64,000 nucleotides of DNA from Promethearchaeota archaeon. GTDB taxonomy: Archaea > Asgardarchaeota > Lokiarchaeia > Sigyniarchaeales > SOKP01. The notes under the pieces were generated by a model. That model ran no database searches and had not been told where the DNA came from. It saw only the letters and a program-made list of their open reading frames with translations. The stretch is taken from positions 32,001 to 96,000 of the forward strand of contig SHMW01000001.1 of the NCBI GenBank assembly GCA_008080735.1. Reading direction: 5' to 3'. Position 1 is the first letter of the stretch. Each line of letters begins with the position of its first letter. A program made the position numbers and the translations under genes. Of this stretch, positions 1 through 10,500 are shown one piece after another.

Positions 1-231
1 CGCACCGTCTGCTTCCCTCACTTTCGGTTTACCAACTTTAATCATTCCAAACCGAATTTTAAAACCAGGTATATCGGGAACTACTTCAGCTGATTCATCT
101 ACAATGTCTTGCATTTCTTTCTCGATAAAATCATTATAGGAATCAAGATGTTGGCGGACGAGACCCTTCTCATCGAATAAAGAGCCTAAAACTTCCCACT
201 TTTCTTCATTTGTCAAATTGTCAGTGCTCAT
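1..231 (-). CDS. rpo2: DNA-directed RNA polymerase subunit B (Rpo2), N-terminal part; runs off the window
   Basis: Manual translation MSTDNLTNEEKWEVLGSLFDEEGLVRQHLDSYNDFIEKEMQDIV... has the Rpb2 'LVRQHLDSYNDF' motif; lies directly downstream of rpo5. Confidence 0.95.
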   Translation of the reverse strand, partial: MSTDNLTNEEKWEVLGSLFDEKGLVRQHLDSYNDFIEKEMQDIVDESAEVVPDIPGFKIRFGMIKVGKPKVREADGA

Positions 232-278
232 AATATAACCTTTTTTCATTAAATAGCATTAAAATAAAAAAGAAATAA

Positions 279-536
279 TTAACTTTTCTCTTTCTTAACA
301 TATCGATAATAATTAACTTGTTTAACTGATGTATCGCTTTCGCGGACAATTTTCACCACATCTCCCTCTTTCGCACCAATCGCGATCGCAACGGGATCTT
401 TTTCAAACATTTGAGGGAGATCGGTATAGCGAATTTTATACTTTTCTAATAATTCCTCGGTCTCTGATTTCGTAAGAAGTACGTGCCGAGGAACAAGCGA
501 ATGTCGTAAGACATCAACTTTTTTTTTCTTAGTCAA
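279..536 (-). CDS. rpo5: RNA polymerase subunit H (Rpo5)
   Basis: HSLVPRHVLL...LPQM...DPVAIAIGAKEGDVVKIVRES...YYRYV. Confidence 0.97.
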   Translation of the reverse strand: MTKKKKVDVLRHSLVPRHVLLTKSETEELLEKYKIRYTDLPQMFEKDPVAIAIGAKEGDVVKIVRESDTSVKQVNYYRYVKKEKS

Positions 537-717
537 AAGGAATTATCCTCATATATTTTAAGTTATATAATATGGAGTGTATAATTTCTAAAAAATTTTA
601 TCCTTTTATTCATAATATCGGAATTTTTTTATTTCATAGTACCTCTTATGGGAGAATAGGAAATTCTGCGTTATCATTTAACTTTAGATGTTTAATATGA
701 TGTAATTTAACATCACT

Positions 718-1365
718 TCACCCAAACCCATGAAAACAATGAAAAACCCAATAGCCACTCCGTTTTACCATTACATCAATTTGATCATTGGGAAATTCGT
801 TCTGAAAATATTTTTGAATATAGGGTGCACCCATCTTTTTTCTGATGACAAATTCGAAGAACCCCTTTTCATTTAGATATTTTGGAACTTCATTGAAGAC
901 CCGCAAAAATTCATCCCGTCCTTCTCGTAAAGGGGGATTCATATAAATTCCATCGAATCGGACGGATTGATCCTTTAAGGCTTCGAAATAATCTCCTGCA
1001 CGTACATGCATTCTATCTCGAGCGTTTGGGAGATTAATTTTTATGTTTTCCTTAACACACCAAATAGCTCGTCTGTTTTTATCTATGAAGTAAATATCAC
1101 TCTCTCTGGAATTATATCCCAACACCATTCCAATAGGTCCATATCCACATCCAAGATCGAGCAAGACACTTGGTTCGGATGGTATTTCCATATGTTCAAC
1201 AAAGACTTGCGTTCCTAAATCAATTTTTCTGTAAGAAAAAACTCCCGTTGTTGTTTTGAAAATGTATAGATGCCGTCTCAGACTCTCGGAGATAGTATAT
1301 ACCTTTAAATTTACATCGGGATATCGTGTAGAATAATGCTCTTTTTTAGGTCCCATATATATCAA
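718..1365 (-). CDS. RsmC-like class I SAM-dependent methyltransferase
   Basis: GVFS..KIDLGT, LDLGCGYGPIG, NPP motifs. Confidence 0.9.
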   Translation of the reverse strand: MIYMGPKKEHYSTRYPDVNLKVYTISESLRRHLYIFKTTTGVFSYRKIDLGTQVFVEHMEIPSEPSVLLDLGCGYGPIGMVLGYNSRESDIYFIDKNRRAIWCVKENIKINLPNARDRMHVRAGDYFEALKDQSVRFDGIYMNPPLREGRDEFLRVFNEVPKYLNEKGFFEFVIRKKMGAPYIQKYFQNEFPNDQIDVMVKRSGYWVFHCFHGFG

Positions 1366-1376
1366 TAAAATTTTGA

Positions 1377-2384
1377 TTATTCAGTGATTTCTTTCCAATG
1401 TGGATAGATTCCACGCTTCATAAAAACCTTATTAATCTTTACCATTATTCCGTTTTTAGCCTTATAAATCGCCATAGCATCTTTCTCAGCGATTCCAAAT
1501 CCAATTAACTCATTTTTTAATGTCATCAACGCCACTTTCATCCCCGTTTGTATTCGCGCATCTATAGAACAAATGCCTGCGGCAGCTAAATCTGCACCAT
1601 GACATAATGCATCTACTGCAGTGTCTCGAACATGAACCTTTGGGATATGCTTCACCATCTTTTCCATAGGATGGATAATATACCTTAAATAAGATTCATC
1701 ATTTTCTTTTTGATAGATTGTAAATGCATCCTTAAGATTTTGAAGAGTTACAAGGCTTTTATCCTCTCTGAAAGGACCAACTCGCGTTCGTCTCAACTCC
1801 AGCATATGCGCACCAGAACATAACGCCTCCCCAATATCATAACATAATTTGCGGATATATGTTCCCGCTTCACATCCCACGCGAAATAATACATTATTTT
1901 CTCTCATTTCTAAGAACTGGTTATAATAAATTTCCCTAATACGCAATCTCCTACTCACGGAGGATTTTAAAGGGGGTCTTTGATATATCTTTCCCTCAAA
2001 TACATGAAGCATCTTCTCAATTTTTTTCTGAGGTTCAGGGTTATGAAGATGCATCACACAGACGTATTCTTTTCCCGCATTTAACAAGGCAGACAAGACT
2101 CTCGTGGCTCTCCCGAGTGCTACGGGCAATATACCGGTTACTTTTGGATCTAAAGTACCGCCATGTCCTACATTTTCTATCCCCAATATTGTTTTAATCC
2201 AAGATACAACCTCATGACTCGTGGGACCGCTTACTTTGTCGAGATTTATGACGCCATATTCTATGAGTTCATTTATTGTTCTCTCTTCGGGGTTCTTCCC
2301 ATATTTAGGGTCTGTAGTGTCTTCCGATTTCACTAATAATTGTTCTGGCTCGTCCGATGGAAGTTTTAAGTCTGTTTCTACCAT
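1377..2384 (-). CDS. cbf5: H/ACA RNA-guided pseudouridine synthase Cbf5 (TruB family, PUA domain)
   Basis: DKVSGPTSHEV, GHGGTLDPKVTG, GTYIRKLC, ELRRTRVG. Confidence 0.97.
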   Translation of the reverse strand: MVETDLKLPSDEPEQLLVKSEDTTDPKYGKNPEERTINELIEYGVINLDKVSGPTSHEVVSWIKTILGIENVGHGGTLDPKVTGILPVALGRATRVLSALLNAGKEYVCVMHLHNPEPQKKIEKMLHVFEGKIYQRPPLKSSVSRRLRIREIYYNQFLEMRENNVLFRVGCEAGTYIRKLCYDIGEALCSGAHMLELRRTRVGPFREDKSLVTLQNLKDAFTIYQKENDESYLRYIIHPMEKMVKHIPKVHVRDTAVDALCHGADLAAAGICSIDARIQTGMKVALMTLKNELIGFGIAEKDAMAIYKAKNGIMVKINKVFMKRGIYPHWKEITE

Positions 2385-2596
2385 GTTCTTATTGGGATTT
2401 TAAAACTATAATATAATTCAATAGTATACAATAGTAAATTATATTTTTCGTTTAAAACCTATAAATCCATAAATTTTTGTATCAGTAGAGAATATAACAA
2501 AAATTCAAAATACCAACTTCAGTTATGAATAGTCTAAAAATCAATTCTATTTCTTATAAATGAAATTTATAAATTCTTCGTTCTTTAGGGATTATT

Positions 2597-3133
2597 ATGA
2601 ACATCAGAATTGCAACGCCATCAGATGCATCAGCTATAACAAAAATCCAAATAGATAACTGGAAATACGCCTACAAAACAATATTTCCAGAAGAATTTTT
2701 GGAAGATCTAAACTATAAACATAAAATTATCCAAAACAAATTATGGCTTGAGAATTTGGAAGATACTACAAGAGTGTATAGTGCCGAAAATGACTCTCAA
2801 GTAATCATTGGATTCGCAGTCGGGGGCTTAGAGCGAGAAAACACTCCTGAGTTCTCTGGTGAGTTATGGGGGTTATATGTATCTAATAACCATCAAAGGA
2901 GGGGGATCAGAACACAACTCCTTGGAAAAATAGTTCAATATTTATTAGACCTTAATTTTTCATCTATGCTTGTGTGGATCCTAAAAGGTAATCCTTATCG
3001 CGCATTTTATGAAAAATTCGATGGAAAAATAATCGCAGAGAAGCAAAAAGATTTCAATGGCTTAAAAAGACCTATTTTCGCCTATGGATGGTCGGATCTA
3101 CAACAATTAAACAATTTAATTTCGCTTCAATAA
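2597..3133 (+). CDS. GNAT family N-acetyltransferase
   Basis: MNIRIAT..D, LYV...QRRGI, NP..AFYEKF.G. Confidence 0.85.
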   Translation: MNIRIATPSDASAITKIQIDNWKYAYKTIFPEEFLEDLNYKHKIIQNKLWLENLEDTTRVYSAENDSQVIIGFAVGGLERENTPEFSGELWGLYVSNNHQRRGIRTQLLGKIVQYLLDLNFSSMLVWILKGNPYRAFYEKFDGKIIAEKQKDFNGLKRPIFAYGWSDLQQLNNLISLQ

Positions 3134-3198
3134 TATAAAAACATGAATTAGTGATTATGGTTAAAAAGAGATATTTCATAGACTCACACGGATGATAA

Positions 3199-3305
3199 TG
3201 GCGGGCTATGTGGGATTTGAACCCACGACCTGTACCCGATCCCCCATAATTCGAAGGACCTTCAGGTTAAAAGCCTGCTGCGCTACCTGCCTGCGCTAAT
3301 AGCCC
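3199..3305 (-). tRNA. tRNA-Lys(UUU) with encoded CCA and a 30-nt intron (about 3232-3261) at a non-canonical position (about 43/44)
   Basis: Minus strand gggctat-ta-gcgc..gcgc-a-gcagg-ct-TTT-aa-cctga-[30 nt]-aggtc-gtggg-ttcaaat-cccac-atagccc-g-cca; 77 nt after intron removal. Confidence 0.92.
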
Positions 3306-3491
3306 ATCCAAGGAAAAAAAAGCTCTTCTTAATTTATCTACTCTTAAAATTATCAGAACTTAAGACTTAAAATCCATAATAATTAATAAATTTTTTTTAA
3401 ACATATAGTAAAATCCATAATCTTTAAATATAATAAGTCTTAGTACGTAAGATATTCCCAAATCCCCCTCAAAATTCAATCTCCTCCACGC

Positions 3492-4520
3492 TTACCGAAA
3501 ATGCTCGTATCCTTCACTCTTTAAGATATGCGTTTTATTTTCTTGTATAATAGTGATATCACATTCAGATACAACTTCTCCAATTTCAAATATATGCCCG
3601 CTTTTTCTTTCCACCAGATCTACTGCTTTTTCAATATATTCGGACTTGACTGAAAAGAGATGAATAAATTCCTCCCCTGCGTTCAGAACTATTTTTTCTA
3701 TCGGAATATCAAATTCTTCTGAATATTTGAGAGCTTCAGGATGAATAACCGTTTCATCTAGGATAATCTTAAATCCCACCTCGGGATTAGAAAACTGCAA
3801 TTCTCGTAGAGACTTTGCCAATCCATCTGAAGAGTCGATACTCGCTGTTGCAAAATGATTCTGGCCAAGTATAAGCCCTTCCAAACCAAGATCGAATGGC
3901 TTTAATACGCTATCGAGAGATTTTCTATATTTGGGAAAGTCTTCATACGAGCCGTTTTGCCGAAGTAAAATATCAAAACCTACACCAGTTAATCCGAATT
4001 TACCATTCGCGACAATTATATCACCTATATTCATCCCTTTTCGGTATATTATCTCTGATTTCCGTTCGAAACCAAAAACCGTTGGGTTGAGGATAATCTC
4101 TTGAGTCTCGTTCAGATCGCCACCAATATAGTCAAGGTCAAAGGTCTTGGAATAAGACAGTATCCCCTTCATAAGGAGGTCGAATTCATCAGAAAGCATG
4201 GTTCCGGGTAAGCCAAAGGATAAGATTAAACCTACAGGATTCACACCTTTCACAATCAAATCACTTAAATTCATAATAAGTGATTTTCGTCCCATATGGA
4301 AGGATTCCATCTGCTCTGGGACATCAGTAGTCGAGACCAGCATGTCCGAATTAGAAACCAAAGTAATCTCTTCAGATTGCTTTTTTTGGATTTTATCTAA
4401 GGGATAAAAAAACGCATCATCTCGAATGGATTCTTTTTCCGTATTTTCGTAGATTAGCTGCTCGATATAGCTGATTATCATTGTTTCTCCTATATCCTTC
4501 AATGGTGTATTGGGTTTCAT
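3492..4520 (-). CDS. thiL: Thiamine-monophosphate kinase
   Basis: GE..II, DDA, N.SDL...G, GGD, IDSSDGL, GEEF motifs. Confidence 0.92.
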   Translation of the reverse strand: MKPNTPLKDIGETMIISYIEQLIYENTEKESIRDDAFFYPLDKIQKKQSEEITLVSNSDMLVSTTDVPEQMESFHMGRKSLIMNLSDLIVKGVNPVGLILSFGLPGTMLSDEFDLLMKGILSYSKTFDLDYIGGDLNETQEIILNPTVFGFERKSEIIYRKGMNIGDIIVANGKFGLTGVGFDILLRQNGSYEDFPKYRKSLDSVLKPFDLGLEGLILGQNHFATASIDSSDGLAKSLRELQFSNPEVGFKIILDETVIHPEALKYSEEFDIPIEKIVLNAGEEFIHLFSVKSEYIEKAVDLVERKSGHIFEIGEVVSECDITIIQENKTHILKSEGYEHFR

Positions 4521-4660
4521 GAGTATAATGAAGATCTCAACTTAATTGTGATGTTTCGCGACCCCAATAAGGCACATGATTAGACCGCAAAATTAAAATT
4601 TATTATTAATTTATAAGAATTAGTACTTTTTGAATCTTTAAGGTATCAATGAGTTATATT

Positions 4661-4733
4661 GCCCTTGTAACTCAGCTGGTAGAGTGTCAGATTCGTAATC
4701 TGGATGCCGGGGGTTCAAATCCCCCCAAGGGCT
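4661..4733 (+). tRNA. tRNA-Thr(CGU), intronless
   Basis: gcccttg-ta-actc-agctggta-gagt-g-tcaga-tt-CGT-aa-tctgg-atgcc-ggggg-ttcaaat-ccccc-caagggc-t. Confidence 0.95.
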
Positions 4734-4737
4734 TCAT

Positions 4738-5751
4738 CTAAACCTCTTCTGCGGTAAAGAATCTCTTTATCATTTCCAACGCAAGCATTCTAAATGCATC
4801 ATCGATATTTTCTCCCGTCTTTGCAGAGGTTTCTACATAAGAAACCTCTATTTCTTCCGCCAAGGCCTCTCCCTCCTCACGATTCACTTCTCTTTGATCT
4901 TCTAAATCAATTTTATTACCAACTAAAAGCAATGAAATCTTTGGAGTGACTTCTTTTATCTCCTCATACCAATTTTGAATATTCTCATAGGTTTTATGCC
5001 TCGTCACATCAAATACGAGAATGCCCGCTTCTGCGTTAGCCAGATATGATTTGCGTATTCGACGGAATTGGGTTTGCCCTGCTAAATCCCAGATGACGAA
5101 ACGCACGCTGGACTCAAGTCCTTCAAAATTACACTCCTTTTTCATAATGGAAGTGCCTATTGTGGCTTTATAGTCTTGCTGGAATGAATTCTCTACGAAT
5201 CTATGAACCATACTGGTCTTTCCAACCCCTCCATCCCCGCCTAAAATCAATTTAAACGCATATTCATCAGCTTTGGCTTTAATTTTTCGTAGTTTATCCA
5301 CACTTTTCTCGATTTCTCCGCTTTCTCTGCTAGTAATTATCTTGGGTATAACGGGGCTTACGGGACGTCCATCAAAAATTCGAGCTATTTTTTCGGCGGT
5401 TAAATATGCGACGGGAAACACAGGATCGATCATAGCTAACGCATCGAGAACCGTTACAAAGACCGCATGTTCACCTGCCTCACAAAATATAAGGCGGTAT
5501 TCATCTGTATCAAATGTTCCCGTGCCAAAAGATCCTGAACTGAATTCTTTCGTGATGCGATTAAGGACTGGCTCTACTAATGAGCTTAGTCCGCCCACAA
5601 CATCCTCTTCTACGGACTTGCCAGTAGTCCCCGAGACAGCATCCATAATTAGTCCTTCTCGGTTAACAATAATCGCCGCAACTAAATCCTCTTCGATTTC
5701 CTGACGATACCATTTTAAAAGCGCTTTTAATTTTTCCCTATCTACAGCCAT
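4738..5751 (-). CDS. Roadblock/LAMTOR-like domain fused to a Rab-like small GTPase
   Basis: N-terminal AAIIVNREGLIM roadblock pattern; G1 GDGGVGKT, G2 YKATIG, G3 WDLAGQ, G4 NKID, G5 TSAK. Confidence 0.92.
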   Translation of the reverse strand: MAVDREKLKALLKWYRQEIEEDLVAAIIVNREGLIMDAVSGTTGKSVEEDVVGGLSSLVEPVLNRITKEFSSGSFGTGTFDTDEYRLIFCEAGEHAVFVTVLDALAMIDPVFPVAYLTAEKIARIFDGRPVSPVIPKIITSRESGEIEKSVDKLRKIKAKADEYAFKLILGGDGGVGKTSMVHRFVENSFQQDYKATIGTSIMKKECNFEGLESSVRFVIWDLAGQTQFRRIRKSYLANAEAGILVFDVTRHKTYENIQNWYEEIKEVTPKISLLLVGNKIDLEDQREVNREEGEALAEEIEVSYVETSAKTGENIDDAFRMLALEMIKRFFTAEEV

Positions 5752-5884
5752 TCTTTACTCACATTTGTATTTTATTTTTTGGAGGTACTGAAATAAGTAT
5801 TAAGATTATCTTCACTCGATACTCTTTTGAATTAAAATAAAAATGTTGGAATAAAAATTTATCTAATCTATTTAAATGGAATGT

Positions 5885-6685
5885 CTATTTTCCTTGGAAA
5901 TATGGTTTCCGTTTTTCTAAAAATGCACTCATTCCTTCTTGAGAATCCATAGTGGTAGAGGTCAACTTTAGATTTTTAAGCTCATCTTCTAAATGCTCGT
6001 TTAGCCAATTACCATATGAACGAAAAAATAATCGTTTGGTACTTCCATAGGCGATCGTTGGACCACTACTTATTTTAATAGCAACTTGTTTTACTCTCTC
6101 TAATAATTGGTCGTTGGAGGTTATTTCAGAAACTAATTGCGCTTGTTTTGCTTCATTCGCAGTGAGAGTTTTATTCAATAAGACCATTTCGTTCGCCAAA
6201 GATAAGCCTATAATTTTGGGCAAATGAAAGGTCAAGGATGAATCGGGCGACAATCCTACGTTTGTAAACGCTACGGAAAACCGAGCAGATTGCGAACAGA
6301 ATCTCAAATCACACGCACTTACCAGACTTAATCCCACTCCATAACACGCTCCATTCACAGCTGCGATACTCGGAGCGTTAAGATGTTTTAATAGTTTGAT
6401 GGCTTTATGAAATTTTCCCGCTAACTTATATAGGAAATCCGGATCATCCGAGCTTTTAAATTCAGCAAGGTCACCCCCAGCACTAAACGTTTTTCCCTTT
6501 CCCGTGATTATTAGTGAACGAATCTTGTTTGATTGTTTTGAAACCTCTTGTAATCCTATGGTAATATCCTCAGCCATTTGAGTATTTAACGCATTAAGAT
6601 TATCAGGGCGATTTAAATGGAGGATCGCAAAATTATTTTCTTCAAATAATTCCAATTCAATAGTATCAAGCTTCAAGTATATCAA
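5885..6685 (-). CDS. Enoyl-CoA hydratase/isomerase (PaaG-like)
   Basis: LNRPDNLNAL, FSAGGDL, IAAVNG.CYG.G, AFLEKRKP.F.GK. Confidence 0.93.
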   Translation of the reverse strand: MIYLKLDTIELELFEENNFAILHLNRPDNLNALNTQMAEDITIGLQEVSKQSNKIRSLIITGKGKTFSAGGDLAEFKSSDDPDFLYKLAGKFHKAIKLLKHLNAPSIAAVNGACYGVGLSLVSACDLRFCSQSARFSVAFTNVGLSPDSSLTFHLPKIIGLSLANEMVLLNKTLTANEAKQAQLVSEITSNDQLLERVKQVAIKISSGPTIAYGSTKRLFFRSYGNWLNEHLEDELKNLKLTSTTMDSQEGMSAFLEKRKPYFQGK

Positions 6686-6804
6686 TTCCTCGTTATAGGT
6701 TCGTAATTTAAGGGAAGATAATATTATTTTAAAATTTACGTATAATAAAAAAAGCTTACTTCTTCCAGCATATTAGAGATTCATTATATTTCAAATCTGA
6801 GAAA

Positions 6805-6910
6805 TGCAGAGAGTGGGATTCGAACCCACGTACTCCTATGAGACTAGAGCCTCGGTCTAGCGCCGTTAGCCACCCGATTAGGTGTTTTGGCCAGGCTTGG
6901 CGATCTCTGC
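6805..6910 (-). tRNA. tRNA-Leu(GAG) with a 21-nt D-loop intron (about 6866-6886)
   Basis: Minus strand gcagaga-tc-gcc-aagcctggccaa-[21 nt]-c-ggc-g-ctaga-cc-GAG-gc-tctag-long variable arm-gtggg-ttcgaat-cccac-tctctgc-a; 85 nt when spliced. Confidence 0.92.
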
Positions 6911-6991
6911 ATATGAAGTAAGAATATTTCGAGGTAAAAACTAATCGTGATTTTTATAGTTAAAAAACCTTAATTAATTTTTTTTTTCTCT

Positions 6992-7474
6992 CGCAGAAAG
7001 CCATGTCCTTTAAGGGCATAGATGAATGCGTGTAAAAATCACTAAACTCAGGCAGGTATACCCTTTTTATCCTATTTCATGTATTTATCTATAATGGAAT
7101 ATCGAAAAGAGCCCCTTAGGGTCTATTCCCTCATCTATGACTTAATCGTTATAGGAAAACACCGTCATCCAGTGTGTATAAAAGAGACCGGGAGGAGTGG
7201 AGTTCTAAAAAGAAGGATTCTTGACCTATCAAAGAATTTTGAGGGAAAGGTGGTGGAAATCGAATGTGGCACGCATTATCACCGAGACAAGAACACCTCT
7301 ACTAATATTGAAAAAGAAGGAATACCCCTCTTAGAGGAAAGAGGTATCATCGTCATTTCATGACCGTCCGTAGGGACTACGGGAAGTTATGCTTGTGGAG
7401 ATCGTGTAAGACACCATTTAGGTGCGATGGGCAAGGAAGCAAGAATCCAGCTCCTTTAGGGGCTGGGAGCTCAC
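6992..7474 (+). mobile_element. Degenerate non-autonomous IS200/IS605-family element (both ends plus tnpB 3' remnant)
   Basis: Left-end hairpin GAAAGCCATGTCCTTTAAGGGCATAGATGAAT (about 6996-7027); right-end AAGAATCCAGCTCCTTTAGGGGCTGGGAGCTCAC (7441-7474); internal TnpB-like remnant. Confidence 0.8.
7079..7363 (+). pseudogene. tnpB: tnpB C-terminal remnant
   Basis: ECGTHYHRDKNTSTNIEKEG resembles the TnpB CG..hdRD.NAA.NI..eG (Zn-finger end/RuvC-III) motif; the rest of the gene is missing. Confidence 0.7.
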
Positions 7475-7515
7475 CTATTCCATCAGAGAAATGGTTTAAC
7501 GGTAAATTAAGGAAT

Positions 7516-10500
7516 TTAAAAAAAGTCTGATAATTTTTGTTGTTTTATACGGGGATTATTTGTGAGACTGCTGACATACTCCTCAATGAGTTCCATTCGT
7601 TGGCACGTGTACTCATCAAGATTAAAATCCTCGCATAATTTCAATGCGCGTGGGATATATTTTTCAATTCCTCCCCGATTTACCGTGAGGATGACATTTC
7701 CTCCGCATTTAGGGCACTTACCCATATTTGATAGGGGGGGTCTGCGGTACTTGGTATTGCATTTAACGCACCGAAATTCTTGAAGGGAAAATTTTCTGAG
7801 ATTTCCTAATATATCAGGATTGAAATGACTGGATAAAATCTTTTTTGCTACTGCTTTCGCCTCAACCGACTGGATAATCTTCGCTAGATGTAATTGCGCC
7901 TCGATTTTTTCGTCCATTGATTCGTGCAATTTATAGGCTGTTGTTGTTGGACCAGCATTGATATCATCAGTCGGAATATTATAGCCGATATGTTCATATT
8001 GACCTTCTGTACCCAAGCGATTCTTTACCAAATCCATAATCTCCTCTATTTCGTTTGGAGAAGCATAGCGCTCGGTAGCCTCATAAAATTCTAAGGGATA
8101 CTGAAATAAAGTATCTACGTTATGTGCTTCTGTATCTATCTCTTTCGGGTCTAAAAATGTACCAATAACCAGTGTTGCATCCATCCTACCACCGATCTTA
8201 CTGGGAAGATAGTGTCGGGAGAAGTTAAGCAAGGGATCTAAGAGGAGCATTATACCATCCTCGTCACCGTCACACTGATGGGTCACTATATTATCATTTA
8301 CTAATACTGAATGATAATTTTTAGCGTGTAATGAATATACAAATTCTTCTTTAGAGTGTATTTCTTCGATATCTTTTATCCTTAATAATGCATGTTTTTT
8401 GTAGGTATCTTCTGGTCTTGTTTTCATCGTTTTTATGATATATCTTAAGCCATCCGAATTCTTTTTTGACGTGAAACCAACTTTTTGCCGAAATTTAACG
8501 ACATTCGTTCCTTGGATTGATAATTCATACTCGGTATTGCTATCTCTTTTAGATCGGGATAGTGCGCTAAATATTCCAAATCTTAATAACATTAAATCCA
8601 AATCCTGAATGAGCTTCGAACTAAATGAAGAACACACTACTTTCTTATGATTCATATCAAGTCCCGCATCACTACTAAAATAAGCGGCTAAGAGATATTG
8701 TATTTTTTCTTTCGGTAGATTATAAAACACAGAAGGAATGCTTTTTCTTCTTGCTTTATTTTTAAATCCTAATATCTCTTTGAAAAAATAATACAGAATT
8801 CGATTTGAAATTGTAATTCTCTTTTTATTAATATTAGGACCAAAATCATTTCCAAATGAATGGGAGATCGAATTTAATATATCATTTCTAAGTTCATTTT
8901 CACTAAAAAAGAAACTGATTTTATACTTATCTTTGCTCTTTTGATAAAATCCTTTTGCGATATAATAACCGCAGATTTTCAAAAGCGATTCATCAACTCG
9001 GATATATCTATTTAATTGTATATCTTCTTGTTTGAATCCGAGGATACAATCTGGAACATCTTTCATTGAAAGATTATGAAGATTTAACAGGTTAATCAAA
9101 ACATCAAATGGAATTGAATCCCGTGAGCTATAATAAGTTTTTAATATTTTTTTACTTATTTTTAATTTTCTTGCCGTTTCTTTTAATCCCAATATTGAAA
9201 CTAATTCAGTAACAAAATCTTTTATCCCTATAATCATCAATTCTCTCCAAATCTTTTTAAATTTCTCATTCCTGAATTCATAGATTAGATCAATAAACTC
9301 CTTATCTATTACTTGGAAATCCATTCTTGGAAGTAAAAATTTGTCGGTTTTTTTAACTTCAAAAGCCTTCTTCTCAATAAGCTCTCCTTTAGAGTATACT
9401 ATAACTGGATGGTTTAAGGTGGTTTGAAAACTGCGTCCGTTATATAATTTAAAATTTATGAGGTGATTAGAATTGGGAATTTTTAAGACGTTTTTGATAT
9501 TGGTTTTTTTTATTTGGTTTGATTTAGTATCAAATGAATATACTTGAATATTTTCTATTGCCTTTTTTTTAACGTAAACCATTTTATCAAAATACTCTTC
9601 AAAGAAATGGTTTTCGTAAAGTTCTTTTAAAGTAATCTTTTTTACTCTTTGATTAATATCAACAAGAATGGTGGTATTGCCCGGAAAGCAATTTCTCCGC
9701 TTCGAAGCATGCCAGAATGGATGAGCGTAGATAGATCGAGCGGGACTAAATCCTAGCACTCGTCCTATAATTCCGGCACTGGTATGCGGCGCTAATCCTA
9801 CAACCAAATGCCCGATAAGATCGGATTTCGAATCCACATGATAATAGCGTGGCATTTGATAAAAGAGGTCTAATTCGTCATCCAAAAAATTGGCAACTTT
9901 TACCAGATACTCGGCGCAATCATCCGATAATATTACATCTTGAACTTTTATTTCTATAATTTGATCCCGAGAGTGAAGTGGTGCTCCTTTATAGTCGTAG
10001 TTATATCCTAATTCTCTTAATTGTTTGAGGGTTATTCCGATCTCACTCGGTTTAAAATGAGTAAGAGGAATATCTGTGGCGTCATATCGGATCTCCGCAG
10101 TTTTATAAACAAGTACGCCATTCTCTGCCCTAAGGATACCCTTTTCTATGGGTTCTGGCACCTTATATCGGTTTGTAAGCCCAAAAATACCCTTCATCTT
10201 GTCCGGAAGCGCAAGATTTAGGGATTTCACGATTTTTCTGAGGTGTTTGTCGATATTGAAAAGTGCCTCTTCTGAATAATCTAATCGACTTTGACATTGA
10301 GGACATTCTTCATAGCTCGTATCGAATAATTTACGACATTTGGTGCATATTTTTTGTAATTGGGTATGTGTACCGCAATTTGAACATTTATTAAAAATGG
10401 TGACTTTACCACAGTTCAGACATTTTTTTCTGCATACATCAATTTTCACTTTGCGGAGTTCTACAGCTTTTTCCACGAGCCGAGAGTTGCCCACTTCATC

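Noticed and set aside
1377-2384. Crenarchaeal-type cbf5 intron
   Set aside because: The catalytic region GHGGTLDPKVTG is continuous and the ORF is full length; no insert
4521-4660. TPP riboswitch or C/D sRNA upstream of thiL
   Set aside because: No CUGAGA/TPP core and no paired C/D boxes recognisable
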